From: Auanema rhodensis | Lineage: Eukaryota; Animalia; Nematoda | Reading direction: 5' to 3' | NCBI GenBank assembly: GCA_964057225.1 | Contig: OZ059897.1 | Span: 15,004,001-15,068,000, forward strand | DNA length: 64,000 nt | In this document: positions 16,199 to 33,000 of the stretch, one piece after another | How the letters are laid out: each line of letters starts with the position of its first letter | How positions within the stretch are numbered: position 1 is the first letter of the stretch | Notes under the pieces: generated by a model | Told to the model about the DNA's origin: nothing | Database searches by the model: none | What the model saw: only the letters and a program-made list of their open reading frames with translations | Position numbers and translations under genes: made by a program

Positions 16199-17730
16199 TC
16201 TAAAATAACAATAGTTTTTTTATATTCCTGAACAGCTTTCACATAATATGGTCATAAAATCAAAAAGTACAAACATGATATTTCAAAAAAAATTGAAGTT
16301 TAAAAGATATCCAACAAAAAACACTGCTCTAACACAAATTGACCACAGGGCAGACTTTTTCAAAAAGAGAAATGTTGAAAAAAGTACGCAGAGACCACGA
16401 ATCGATCTTCTGAATCCTTTCTTGCCCGTTGGACATTGATGTAATGTTCGTGAAATAGTTAGAAAATGCTTGGAACACAACTCATCTAACGTCAAAAGAC
16501 ACTCTCTTAGACAGGAACGATTTTTTTGCAAATTGCTTTACAATGATTAGTTCTTATTGCTTTGTAATCTTTCTTTTGATTTATTAAGGAAACAGAAACA
16601 TATATCTATAAAGACACATAAATGAACAAATGAATTTTTAGCAAAAACGCAGAATTTACTAATACCCCCACGAATTGCTTTATTTTCCAACCGTTCGAAA
16701 ATATAAATTAAACAGTTTCATGAATCGCAAAGACACGTAGGCAGGACCATGATCGCGGGGAGACGCTTAATTGTATAAATAATGAAACATTTGTATTAAA
16801 CAAGATATACATCGCAGAGTTGCCGTATTATCAAAATAGCAACTTTCAAAAAGGGTTCGCAGAAAGTTTTATTTTTCCAGTATTTATAGCACAGACCGGT
16901 CGGCTTAGTATTGCATTGCTTTCAGCATTCAGTTTCATGGTTACAATAATTGATCATTTTAATTTTGTTTATGTTTATTCAGATATGCGAGACCCTGCAT
17001 TTACGATGAATTAGAGCTTGCACACATTATAGTTTAATAATTCTTAATATTAAATCCTATCTTGACTCGGTAAAGAGAATCTACAAGCTGATATAAATCT
17101 ACATCATAAACAATAACCCTTCTAAGCAATAATTCACGCATCTGGTTTGAAAATGATGAGATATAGTACTAAAGGAGTATAGATCCTCTTATTTAAAATA
17201 AATTAATCGCTGCAGGAAATTGATCAGGCGAAGAACATAAATATAACCGAAGTTTTGAGAAATTCTTCTATATTCTGGGAAGACAGATGGTCCACAACTT
17301 TAGTCAATACTTTTGTTTGTTTACACCATACTTTATTTCAAATAATCGTCAAGTCGTAATTGCGAACATACGTACGTACTATTTGTACCAAAACTATGAC
17401 GATTCGATTAGTAAGTCATTGAATGATCAAGTTTTTTTCTCCGTTTTTTTAGTCATCATAATATTTTTTTTCAAAAAGTTGCTTTTTTTAATGATTTCGG
17501 TGATTAATATTGTTGTAACGCTTACGATATATTTAATAGCTTTCTTAATTTTCAACGATTAAACTGTTATCTTTTGCTCAGGCCTCGTAATCAAACTGGA
17601 AAGACTTCTGTTTATCATTTTAATATTAAATTTATTTATATAATGTTACTTCTGGTTAGATAACATCTTGAAATGTTTTTTTCTTACTTTTATTCCTGGT
17701 CCCTTAAATGGTTCTATTGCAGTACTAGCC

Positions 17731-19267
17731 ATGGCGGGGCAGCCAGGTTTTGCAATTGCAATTTCCATTTTGATGGTAATTACTGGATCTCTCAATACTA
17801 TTTGTGCGAAATGGGCTGATAGTATGAAAGTCGAAGGAGTTTTATTCAATCATCCATTTTTGCAGGTAATATTCATTTTATATAGTACAATTTAATCTTT
17901 TTAATTCAGGCTGCCTGCATGTTTTTCGGGGAATTTTTGTGCTTAGTGGCATTCTTAGTAATTTTTCTTTATAAGAAATATTCATGGAATCGTCTTAATA
18001 TTCGAGGTATACTTTAACGGTTTAGTTGTATCATATTTATTATTATTAGGTTCGGAAGGATCTATCATGGATATATCATCTGGACCCGCTCCAACATTCC
18101 CCCAATGCAATCCATGGATTTTCCTTTTCCCGGCCTGTTGCGACATCTTGGCAACTTCGATTATGTACATAGGATTGAATCTGACCACTGCTAGTTCATT
18201 TCAAATGCTTAGAGGTTGGATTTTCATAACAGAGCTTAATATTTTTTCTAATCCAGGTGCTGTGATTATCTTCACTGGGCTCCTCTCTGTCGGTATGCTT
18301 GGGACCAGTATCAAACCTTACAAATGGTTTGGAATGCTTTTTGTTATGTTTGGATTGATTGTTGTTGGAGTTACCGATATTGTCTACGATGATGATCCAA
18401 TGGCTGACAAGAATGCCATTATAACAGGTAAAACCTCCAAAATTATGCTGTAAAATAGAAGATTTAGGAAATCTTCTTATCATTATGGCTCAAATTATTG
18501 TTGCTATTCAAATGGTCTATGAGCAAAAATACCTAAATCAATATGATGTACCTGCTTTATTTGCTGTTGGTTTGGAAGGACTTTTCGGTTTTACAATTCT
18601 ATGCGTGCTCATGGTGCCCATGTATTACATTCATGTTCCACATACATTTTCAACAAATCCTGAAGGACGATTGGAGGCAGAGTTATTCATTACCAAAATT
18701 TACAAATCAATTCTTTTTTAGGATGTTTTCTACGCTTGGAGAGAAATCAAAGAAGTCCCTATGATTGCATTAGCTTTATCCGGAACAGTTGTCAGGCTAG
18801 TTATACAATTGTGCACACTTATCTAATATTTCTTTATTGTAGCATCGCTTTCTTTAATTTTGCTGGTGTATCAGTTACAAAAGAACTTTCGGCAACTACT
18901 CGCATGGTATTGGATAGTGTTCGAACTCTGATTATTTGGGCTGTCAGTATTCCTCTTTTCGGCGAAGAATTTATTGCACTTCAGGTTGATAACATTTTCT
19001 TTTGCAATTCTTTCAATTATGATTTTACAGTTACTCGGATTCGCTTTTCTTATTCTTGGAATGTTTGTATATAATGATATCCTCATTGGACCTTATTTCC
19101 GGAGATCTATTATTCCCAATCTTGGTGAAAATAACGCTTGCAACAGGTTTATTCAATACACAACTACACTAACTATTATTTTTTCTTTTAGATGCTGGTT
19201 CTCCATTTGTGGTGTTGATTTGGAAGACGGAGAAGAAAACAGTCTTCTGGATGAAAATATGGACTAA
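17731..19267 (+). CDS. SLC35F6-like nucleotide-sugar-transporter-family protein, copy 1
   Basis: GSLNTICAKWAD, FNHPFLQAACMFFGEF, PACCDILATSIMYIGLNLTTASSFQMLRG and SIAFFNFAGVSVTKELSATTRMVLDSVRT. C-terminal EENSLL dileucine motif. Confidence 0.9.
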
Positions 19268-21445
19268 AATGTTTCTCAAACGTTCCAGTATTTACTGGTT
19301 AAATATTAAGCTGTATTATTTTTTTTATCTGTTTACTCTTTGTGTATATCTGTGAGTGTATTCGGAAATCTTGAAAATATTATAACTCATTTAATCACTT
19401 TTCTAATTTACAACCTTAAATTAATTTCCTCTCGAAGTATTGTACTTCCGCTGGTCATGCGTGTTAATTGTATTTGTCTTAGACGTGTATTTGTTGTGCT
19501 ATTGTAAAATTTTGGGTGTTTTGTCAGTGATATGTATATACTTATTTCATTCTAGACAATGAAACAGGTTACATAATGTTTTTATTTTTTATTTTTCATC
19601 TATATGGGCTATTCCGAAATGCGTCTATTATACTGTTATCCCTATATATTATGTTTTCATTATCCAAATTCTCAGACAAAATTTAACAAAGATGTGGGTA
19701 TTTGAAGAAAATAATCTGTAGGTCAGAAAGCTTATCACGATTTACTGCTTTTCTGAAGAACCTTCATAAATGGAGAAAAGGGTGAACAGGAAGAATTACT
19801 GATGGGAGGGCGCAAAAGAATGTTTGCTGCATTCAGTGGACACTCTACGGCAATCTCCGAAAGATTATCAGTAAGTTTAAATTCCACTGTCGTCATATCT
19901 ACTCGTTTCGTTTTTTCTCAACTGAAAGCTTCGATGATAATATAGTATCATAGGATAGTTTTGTTAATTTATTATCCCATTTTTAAATTCTAACCATCAC
20001 ACGTTTTATATTATAAGTATCTCAACTGTAACAACTAAAGTTATGTAAAGCATTTTGATTTTAGTATTAACCTAGCAGTCTTCAAAATTCTTGATTAAAA
20101 ATTTCGCAAGATAATTTATCGCTTTTATTAACACTTTTTATTTGTCTTGGATTAGATGTTATGTGCCTGTCAAGTCAGGGAGCAAAAAATCAAACCACAG
20201 CTTAGTTGTGGTCATCACACTGACCATCACTTCTGCATGTTCATCTAATCTATACTTTTTATATTCTTATCTTTTGATAACGTATTTCTTTTCTAAAAGG
20301 CTACTCGTGTATTTTCAATCTTATAAATCAGTTCACCTATTGCTTTCTTTACTGTAATTTCGTTTTATTTATTCCAGCAATGGCGCAAGCTAAAGCTGGA
20401 TTTGCTGTTATAATTTCGGTTTTGATGGTAATTACTGGATCTCTCAATACTATTTGTGCGAAATGGGCAGATAGTATGAAAGTCGAAGGAGTTTTGTTCA
20501 ATCATCCATTTTTGCAGGCAAAAATCAATTTTCATTTTGTCAAAATGACAATCAATTTACATTTTAGGCTGCCTGCATGTTTTTTGGAGAATTTTTATGT
20601 TTAGTCGCTTTTTTCTCACAATTTTTATACAAGAAATATATTCATAAAGTTTCAACAACAGGTAATCTTAATAATAGATTTTATAAAATAATTTAATTTA
20701 GGAGACAGCACTGATGATGAAAACTCAACGCAGCCTGCTCCAACATTCCCCCAATGCAATCCATGGATTTTCCTTTTCCCGGCCTGTTGCGACATCTTGG
20801 CAACTTCGATTATGTACATAGGATTGAATCTGACCACTGCTAGTTCATTTCAAATGCTTAGAGGTTGGATTTTCAAAACAGAGCTTAATATTTTTTCTAA
20901 TCCAGGTGCTGTGATTATCTTCACTGGGCTCCTCTCTGTCGGTATGCTTGGGACCAGTATCAAACCTTACAAATGGTTTGGAATGCTTTTTGTTATGTTT
21001 GGATTGATTGTTGTTGGAGTTACCGATATTGTCTACGATGATGATCCAATGGCTGACAAGAATGCCATTATAACAGGTAAAACCTCCAAAATTATGCTGT
21101 AAAATAGAAGATTTAGGAAATCTTCTTATCATTATGGCTCAAATTATTGTTGCTATTCAAATGGTCTATGAGCAAAAATACCTAAATCAATATGATGTAC
21201 CTGCTTTATTTGCTGTTGGTTTGGAAGGACTTTTCGGTTTTACAATTCTATGCGTGCTCATGGTGCCCATGTATTACATTCATGTTCCACATACATTTTC
21301 AACAAATCCTGAAGGACGATTGGAGGCAGAGTTATTCATTACCAAAATTTACAAATCAATTCTTTTTTAGGATGTTTTCTACGCTTGGAGAGAAATCAAA
21401 GAAGTCCCTATGATTGCATTAGCTTTATCCGGAACAGTTGTCAGG
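18088..21445 (+). repeat. Near-identical 709-bp direct repeat (18088-18796 vs 20737-21445) within the SLC35F6 paralogues
   Basis: Read side by side, I saw one mismatch (ttcataac vs ttcaaaac). The tract includes three introns. Confidence 0.92.
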
Positions 21446-22177
21446 TAATGTCAAAACCCTTCATATAAACTAACCAAACAAAAAGTTATCAACACGGTGC
21501 GAAAAAATCAGCAATTTTATGAATGCTGCATGTTTTGAATCATGAACAAGAAAATAATCATTATATCTAATTTTTCGTTTAACTCACAGCTGTTCTAAGA
21601 CTCACGTAAACTAAATATACGTGGGCGTTTCGTTGATGTGGACACATGAAGTGTGTTTGGTTGCATTTGTTTTGAAACTCTGAAAATTTCTTGAGTTAGT
21701 TCATCATGCACTTTTAGTATCGCCTTCTTTAATTTTGCTGGTGTATCAGTTACAAAAGAACTTTCGGCAACTACTCGCATGGTATTGGATAGTGTTCGTA
21801 CACTGGTCATTTGGGCTGTCAGTATTCCTCTTTTCGGTGAAGAGTTTATTGCTGTCCAGGTGAGCCTTTTTATACTTTCTTATCATTTCTCTTTATGTCA
21901 TAGAATTATCAAGAGTTTGTAATATCATATCATTGTTTCAGTTGTTTGGATTTGCATTCTTAATATTAGGAATGTTCATCTATAATGATATACTTATTGG
22001 ACCTTATATTCGCAGAAATATTCTTTCGACAGTAAATGAAAATAATGGATGTTCGAGGTATGTGTTTTTTTTTTTGCTTTTCGATGATCAAAATTCAGAT
22101 GTTGGCTCTACATCTGTGACTATAATAATGACGAAGATGAGGAAAACAACAGCCTGCTCAACGAAGAAACCGCCTAA
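20380..22177 (+). CDS. SLC35F6-like transporter, tandem copy 2
   Basis: Same motifs and exon structure as copy 1, offset by 2,649 bp. C-terminal ENNSLL. Confidence 0.9.
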
Positions 22178-22804
22178 TAACTTTTTTATGTTTGAATCAT
22201 TCGATTCTGATTAACTTATGCGTTATCAAAATCATTGTCCTCTCGAACAGATAATCAGAAAATTCGATTTCTAGTCCTATCAAATTACCGCTCACTGGTT
22301 AAAAAATATCTGTATATTAAGTTAACCCTATGTAACTTGTATTATTTTTTTAAACTATATCAAATATGTCTTTTCGTAAATAAAAACGTGTATTATGCCT
22401 GTCCTGAATGCTTTCACTCTGCCATGACCTTATATTATTGTTTTTTGAATATATATATTAATATAGTAAATTGTTTTTTTTTATCAAATGATTGAAGGAA
22501 TGTATTGGTTCATAGCCCTATATCCTACATTTGCCATATTTGAGTGTGATATTTGCTACCTTCATTAACAATTACTCCTCGGAAGCTATTCCCGTCCCCT
22601 CCATTATTGCAATATTTAACAATTTTTACAACACTACCCGCAATAACTATTTTTTTCTCGTAAATATTTTGCTGAAGAGTAAAATACAAGTTACATCTTT
22701 CCTTTACTACATGCAAGAATACGAGAGCGCGATTTAGCTTTTGAAGTGCTTCCTTACATTACCTTCTCAATATTCCCATACTATCTATATCTACTCTGTT
22801 ATAG

Positions 22805-24891
<2,087 letters not shown>

Positions 24892-25325
24892 GGATACGCC
24901 CTAGAAAGGTGGAGACCTCAGGTTCGCCTTTCTAGGATATCTTTACTCTAGCTGAAAAACGGTGTTCCTACATAATTATCGCGCATAATAAGCCTATATC
25001 TTGCACTTTCTCATATACACGCACTGTTCTCTTCATAGCTATGAGGATTGGATATTCGAGGTCAATAAACCCATATTGGGTATCAAAATAAAATTAGATA
25101 CTGGTATTATCAAATATTTAGCATTGTTTATTCTTTTTTACATAGTTCTGTCATTTTTATATATTTTTTTAATATTCTGTTTTAATTTAGTCTTAAAATA
25201 AATAATGAATATATATATATATCTTTTTTTGGAAGATTATGAGTTGTTGCGTACGGTATTAGATTTATATCACAGGCTCATGAGGTCACTGAGAAGCCGA
25301 CGCCCGCGCCATTTCTGTCATTCAA

Positions 25326-27993
25326 ATGGATGATGCAAGTCCAACTGTTTGTAATTATGTTTATGAAATTAATTGTTCAATTTCAATTGTTTCAAGTTCT
25401 ACGTCTTGTAAAAAAGGTTCTATTAATGCCAAACAAGCTATACTAACACTAGGGAGAAATGCTCAGAGGTTTTGATTTCTGTTTGTGTTTAGTTTTAGAA
25501 TTCTTTTTTTAGGGACATTCTTTTGCAAATTCAACTTTTATCAGGAAAAAATGGTGGTCATCCTACAGTTGCATCGTATCCTCTTAAAAGTTGTTTAGTA
25601 CATCAAGCATTAATAGGACAAGGAAGAGGCAGTATTGTGATTCCGTCTAAGTAGGATCCAAGTATTTATACTTTTTTTGAAAATATATTTCAATTTAAGG
25701 GAATTGATTGTTCAGTTTAATAATTGTGCTCCGAGGAAATTAAATGTTTTCCTTAAATCTCTTCAAGCCAAATTGGACCTTATGAAATCTAATGATATTA
25801 CTAAAACTCCTATGAATGCCAGGTTTATTATATATATATATGGCACTGATTAATTTTTGCTTATAGGTCTGCGCTTTGTAATGGGTTACCTAATGTTTTT
25901 AATGTACTAAGTCCTTTAACAATAGGAGAAATTAGAAATGTTAGGAGGTACAAAAACAATTTATCTATTACTATGAGTATATGATGATCTTAAGGTTACG
26001 TGGGGTCGCTACGGGGGAATCACCTTTGGCAAAGGGAATTAAAGTTTCTGGAACTCCTAAGCGGGTACTTGGAGTTAGGAATGTTCAAGCGACAACTCCT
26101 ACAGCACGATTGAAACGACCTTCTAATCAAGAAGAAGTGATATTTTAGATGATATGAGTTTTTCAAAAATATTTATAGATAGTATTTGAAAGAGTTACTT
26201 TAACTGAAGAACAAAAAAAAGTGGTTCGAGCGGTGGTAAGGGATAAAATGAATATCTTCTTTACTGGAAGTGCTGGCACTGGTAAATCCCTAATTTTACG
26301 AAGAATTATTGAGTTGCTACCTGCTTCATCAACTTTTGTAACTGCTGCTACTGGTAAGTGCTTGAGTCTTTGTTCTTGTATAAATGCATTAACTCAGGAG
26401 TGGCAGCATGTCAGCTAGGAGGCATAACACTTCATAGTTTTGCTGGTATTGGTATTGGCGCTGGTCCGCCTGAAAATTTATTCAAAGTCTTAATCTTAGA
26501 AAATAATTATCTAATGTTTTACTTTTTAGTTGGCTTCTTCTAATCCAGCCACCATTAAACAGTGGAAGAATTGTAGTCATTTGATAATCGATGAAATCTC
26601 GATGATAAATGCTGATTACTTCACAGCTTTGGAATATGTAAGTGACTCATTGAAAATTATGTTTTATTTTTTCAAGGTTTCTCGAAATATACGTGGGATT
26701 GATCGTCCATTTGGTGGAATACAACTAATCATAACTGGAGACTTTTTGCAATTGCCACCTGTTACCAAAGATGGGAAGGAGCCTTCTTTTTGCTTTGAAG
26801 TTCGTTATATTGTTTTAATTTTTGTAAACTTTACTTCACAGAGTGGAGCGTGGAATAAGGCGATTCATAAAACAATCTTATTGAAAGATGTAAAACGCCA
26901 AGATGATCAAATTTTTGTTGATGTTTTACAACAAATACGCTTAGGGCGGTTAGTGTAATCAGAGCAATGCTTAAACTTATCATAATCGTTTTTAGATGCG
27001 ATCCTAAATCTGTCACAATCTTGAAAAGCACAAAAGAAACTAATTTTGAATCTCGTGGGATCGTCCCAACTAAGTTGTGTACGCATACAGCTGATGCCGA
27101 CATTATCAATCTGAAAAGCTTAGATCAATTGAATGGTAAATTTAAGAATTGTAATGCAAATTAATAGTTCGATTTAAGCTCCCTGCAAAGAATTCAAATG
27201 TGACGAAAATTATAGAATACCGGATAAGCTCAAAGTCATAATACCGAAAGTGCTCAATCTTAAAGAGGGTGCTCAGGTTATGTTAACTAAAAACTTGGAT
27301 TTGACCCGAGGACTATCTAACGGTTCCCGTGGAGTGGTAAAAGGTTTTTCTAAACATGGTCTACCAATGGTAAAATTCGCGTCTATTCAAGAGGAAATTG
27401 AGGTGATTTTTGTCAAATTGGGATTAACTTTTTAAATAAGCTTACAGATTCGGCCAGTGCTATTTTCTGTCAGAATACCAGGCGTTGAAGAAAATGTTTG
27501 GAGAAAACAATTGCCTCTTCAATTAGCTTGGGCTATTTCAATTCACAAATCTCAAGGGCTTACTCTTGATGCTGTTGAAATGTCACTCTCTAGGTATTAT
27601 TTTTTTGGCTCTTTTTGGTAATTAAAAGATAACTCGTTGTCATCGAACTATTTATGTTTTACATTAATTGAGAATGAAGTTTTTTCTGAAAACAAAAAAT
27701 CTAGAGAAGAGTTTTGAAATTTGGTTTAATTTTGAATATATTTTTTTCAGAGCGTTTGCAGAAGGGCAAGCATATGTTGCACTCTCACGTGCTCGTAGCT
27801 TAAATTCTGTAAAAATCATTGGATTTGATACTTCTGTCATAAAAGCAAACAAAAAAGTTCTTAAGTATGCCTTTTTTATTCCCAATTTTTAAATAAAAAA
27901 TATTGTTTCAGATATTATGAAAGTTTTTGTGTTGAGGAAGAAGATGATGTAGATGACTTTATCATAAGAAAACGTAGTAGACTCAGTGTTTGA
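25326..27993 (+). CDS. pif-1: PIF1 5'-3' DNA helicase
   Basis: [77 protein letters not shown] and [11 protein letters not shown]. Confidence 0.96.
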
Positions 27994-29528
27994 TTGTGCA
28001 GATTAAAGCATGTAAATACGTGAATAAAGCTTCAATCGCTTAGCTCAATATACTTTTTGATTGGAATTCCATCTAGTGTCGACCGAAAATTTTATTTTTA
28101 TATTGTTATGTAAAATATAATACAGCGTAGAAATGGTGAAAACAGATTATTATTGCATAAATTGTATGCATCCAAGTAAAGACCTTTATCACAAATTTTC
28201 TTCTGAAGTGATTCGTCTGAAGGAATGTGTGAGCTAAAAAATTAGTTTTACAACAAAGTTCTTTTCTACAGGAAAATTGTGGTAATCTAGTAGATAAATA
28301 TGTCGAATACGATACGGTATTAGTAGTTATCGACTTAATCATACATTATTCTACTGCCTACAAACATTTTTTATATAATATAGAGAACGATGTAAGGAAA
28401 CTATAGCTGTAGGGGTAGTCCTAATTATTTTCAGAATTTCTTACGATTAACTGTAATATTCTGCTTTTGTGATGCGTATGATAAGTGGATTGGAGAACGC
28501 GCATTACTGTTGGATGCAGCTAAAGTATATGATCTGGAATGGATGTGAACATTTTTAATCGAATCGACTTTGTCAAAGAAATGCTTTCAGATTTTATAAG
28601 AGCTTAGCTCAAAGTTTTATGGAAATGTTCACATTTATTGTATTTGTTGCCATCTTCGATCTATTATGCAAAAATTCCAGAGATATAAAGTTTATAGCTA
28701 AATCTACAATGCTTGGATATTATGGTTTCTTTATTGTCGTTGTTGAAAGATATTCACCTTTTTTCAGGAAATGTTGCTGTTGTCCTATCTATTATTTTCC
28801 GTCTTAGCAATGACTTCTCGTATCGCTTGGCAACGCAAATATTTCTTTTTATATCACATATTCAAGTTCAACGAGGTAAACATTTATTATTTTTTGAGAA
28901 CTAATCTTCATTATCTGCAGCTCTATTTCCATCCCAAATCTTTGCGATTAATTTTATAGTTATTGTTATTGCCACTCTACTATCTACATACATAGGAACA
29001 GAAACGAAGAACCTATTGAACAGTATTGATTCTTAAGGTTTTATAGCAACGTATGAGCGAACTTTAAAAATAAAAGTAAATTACCGAATGTTGAAATTAG
29101 CAACATTTTATAAAATATTTTCATGGTGATCAGTAATCCTTTTTATGTAATTTATCGAATATAATAAAATTTCTTTTCATTTTTTATCTTCAATGTGTTG
29201 ATTTATCAACAAGTATCCAAAACTAGTTTCGTCTATTCAGATGAAAAAAGATATATGCATGAAGAAATATCATTGAGGAGCATTAGGTTGACCAGAATCA
29301 TATTAAAGAATAATTACCAACGTTATCATAGTATTATACTATTTGTACACCTCTTCCAAAAAACTACCCATTAAACGGTAAACAAGAGTACGTATTGCGT
29401 ACCGCTTGAAATTTCGAATTCGCTCAATTTTGCATCTTCTCTGCCATTTTTAAAATATTTTTTTCTGATACTGCCAATCTTTCATTCAGTTACATTAATA
29501 AAATTAATAGTTACTAAATTTGTAGATA

Positions 29529-29896
29529 ATGTCTAATATGAATATTGTCAACCCTAAGCCTTTCCTCAACAGCCTTACTGGTAAGCTTGTGATTTGCAAG
29601 CTCAAGTGGGGAATGGAGTACAAAGGTATGTGGTTATAACTTGAGAAATATATAATTTATTATTGATCTTCATAGTAATATATTGATATATTGAAGGCAT
29701 TCTTGTTTCTGTTGATGGATATATGAACTTGCAATTGGCTAATGCTGAGGAAATCATTGATGGTAACAACACTGGAAGTCTAGGTGAAATCTTGATCAGG
29801 TTTGATATTAGTATTATCCTAATGTAACCTGAGATAATATTTTGCAGATGTAATAACGTTCTTTACATTGGTGGTGCCGATGATGCATCCGATTAG
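29529..29896 (+). CDS. snr-5: Sm protein F (SNRPF), 3 exons
   Basis: [44 protein letters not shown]...[14 protein letters not shown]. Confidence 0.96.
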
Positions 29897-30060
29897 ACAA
29901 TGATGTTGTGTTCCTTATTCCTGCACCAAGTATCTCATTGTTATTTTTTACCTATTTCCAATAAATATTTGCTGATGCATTTGTCTCTGAGTTTTTATGG
30001 TTTTTTTCCTATAATTGGTTGGATGCGTTAAACGTTGAAATTATCAAGGTTTTTATCTAG

Positions 30061-33000
30061 ATGATGAGGGGAAGGCCATTTAGTAAAGAACCTGAGGTAG
30101 GCGAAAAGAAGAAAGCATTTCAAAATATCTACTAGGATCCTGATGTTCGCCGAGCCCGCATAATGCTCTCAAATCAAAAGTTTGTACAATATGCAATGGA
30201 AGTCGATGAAACAGACTCTGATAGAGAGGTTTGAATGAGATATTGTCGAATTCACATGTTTACGATAGAGATGCGGACAAATGTTGAAAACTCAATATAT
30301 TCCAAGATTAAATGATGTATATGAAATGAGGTGATATAAATTTAAAACTTAAAAATAAATTTGTTTGAAGAATTGGAGATAACAATGCAATTAATCAGCA
30401 ATGCAGCAGAATAAAAAATGCTATGCTTTCAGTATATAAATTAACTTTTATTTTGTACATTTGTCATTTTTCAGATTGTAGATGATGATCCTATTTTGAG
30501 AATAATTGTAGATGAGGTGGAAAAACTAGTCAATAGACAAAAAGAACTAATGCCTAATGTATCTTTCTCAAGTATAGCAAAGTAGAGTCTATCTAACTTG
30601 TGTATAATGTTTAGATTTGTCTTCGTTCACATTAGTTGATCACTACTATCCTTACATTCTTGATTTTCGTCGTTCTCAGTTTTTGAGACCAATTTTCATA
30701 GGTTAATTTATCTTATAAATAATATAACTATATTTATATTAGATGGATGTGGTGCGACATTTTCTTTAGATATTTATACCAAGCCTTGTTTTTTACATGA
30801 ATGTAAAATGTATGACAGACACAGGATGCTACCTATGAGACGTTTGCTCCATTTAGTGCTTCATTTTCTTTTAAGGGGCCATCTTGTGTGTTTTTTATTT
30901 TTTGTTGTATGAAACCCTGTTCTCAAATTTAGGTAAAAATACTATTGCCAACATTTTATGAAAATCCATATTTCCATTCTCTGGTACAAGCTCCCGTGGT
31001 TGATAATATGGAAATATATGAGGTAATTGATATTCAATTCACAATCTTATTTTTTTATTCAGTGCTTGAAAAGACAAGATATGATCCATTTTATTGACCT
31101 AGAGGATTCACCAGCCAGTCTAACTGGAAAAATGAGTAATTTGGTTGATGAGGTCTTGTTGCTGTTAAATGCAATATATAATCTAAAAAGATTTCAGGTG
31201 AAAGCTTGTTTTATATCACGACCAGATGTTCATGATGTATATAATCGTTTATACGCTAATACATTTACTAAAATCGACGCAGATACGGTATTCCTATCAA
31301 TAAATGTCTATATCATAAACAGTTTAGTCTGAAGAAGAAATATTTTCGGATCCTCGAGTTGCCGCTTGTAGTATGCGAATGCTAACCCCTCACTACCTCA
31401 CTCATAATGACACATTTGTTAATATATTTTGGAATATTTTTCTAAATTTACCTTTTTGTTCAGACAATACATGATAGCTACACACGGGTTAAGTTTGAAC
31501 ATGAAGATAGCGTCGAAAATAACAAAACTGTGCTAGCCATAGATTCCGATATAATTCTAAAGTATGATGAAGATTTTGACGAATACCCTGCTCCGGAAAT
31601 TCGCAAAAGCCAACAACTTTCTTTATCTGAGCAAGTCAAACTGGTATTAATCGCATATATTCCCTTATGACAGTGTTTTTATTAGTTACTCGAACTCTGC
31701 GAACTTGATGAGTTTCCGCCAGATGTACTGCGCTCAATACAACTGATACTATGCCTTGCCTATAAGGTGAAATTGAGAACAAATGAAGTTGTTGGTGCAT
31801 TTTAAAGCTTTTAAATCACCTATTTATAGCTTGCGATGTTCATATCGAAATATTCTGGGAATTGAGATTTACTACAAACAGACATTAAAAAGAAGAATTT
31901 TATGCCTACACTGTCCTATAAGTAATTTACTCAACTTTGGCAATGCTGTTTAACCATCCTCCCCTTCTGTAATTAGCATATAACGCATCTGTTCACGGAA
32001 GATCTCACGTACCATTATTTATTTCTAATATTTAAAACAGGTCGGTGAATATCGAACTGTATAATTCTGCTTCACTATTTCCTACTTATTATATAGATGC
32101 CTTCCCTTGATCTCTACAACGGCCCTCCTAATATAGAACATGCTATTGAGCTTTGCTTTTCATGCCTTGAGAATGGTTAGCTTATTATAAAATTCATATT
32201 TATCTCGCTATTTTATGTCCATGTTGTAAAATACACTCTGGAGCCCGTTTATCACCTCAAATATTTTGTAACAATGAAACGTTCCAAATATTTAATCCGG
32301 AACAGATCTCGGAAAAAGATTCGGTAGATAACCGTGAAATAATTAAGTTTGGAAAAAACGAGGAATCTAGCTGCCCCGGCTCTGTTCTTGTTCATCTAGG
32401 TACCGATTTATATTATAAAATTAGGATAATAGTTTTGTAGCTGCCCATGAAAAAAAAATAGAATCTGAAAAAGAAAATACATATTCTCTTGAGTTTGAGG
32501 TAAAGACGAATTATGGAAGCTAAAAACGGCAATTCCATTGTAGACTGTATTATCAACTGATCTTCCTAGGAAAAAATTTTCTCGATTTCGTGAAAAGAAG
32601 TTTATTTGTGATGTCTGTGACGCATCTTTCACTATGAAGCAAAATATTGCGGCTCACCTTTTCCTTTTTCACGTTCAGCCAGATGGCAGCATGAAAAAAA
32701 CTGAAAAAAAGTGGTTCCGCTGTAAGGAATGCTCCCAGGTAATAACGCGCTTTTCTTTTCATAATGATATTCAAAACTTGTGTGAAGTTTTTGATGAGCT
32801 GAATCGAGTAAGAATCTTAACACTCGATAAACATAAATCTTTGGAATGATACCGAATAGTTCATCCATGGGAACGGGCTGCTCAGAGGAACAGAACGGAA
32901 AGCTGACAACCAACCGCTTCTCAACACGATCGATGCGGCGCCCGCGGTCTCCTGCCAGACAACATATCAACCACTTTATCACTACCAATATCACCTCCAT

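Noticed and set aside
29552-29562. CCTAAGCCT as a telomerase RNA template
   Set aside because: It lies within the SmF coding exon (PKP codons).
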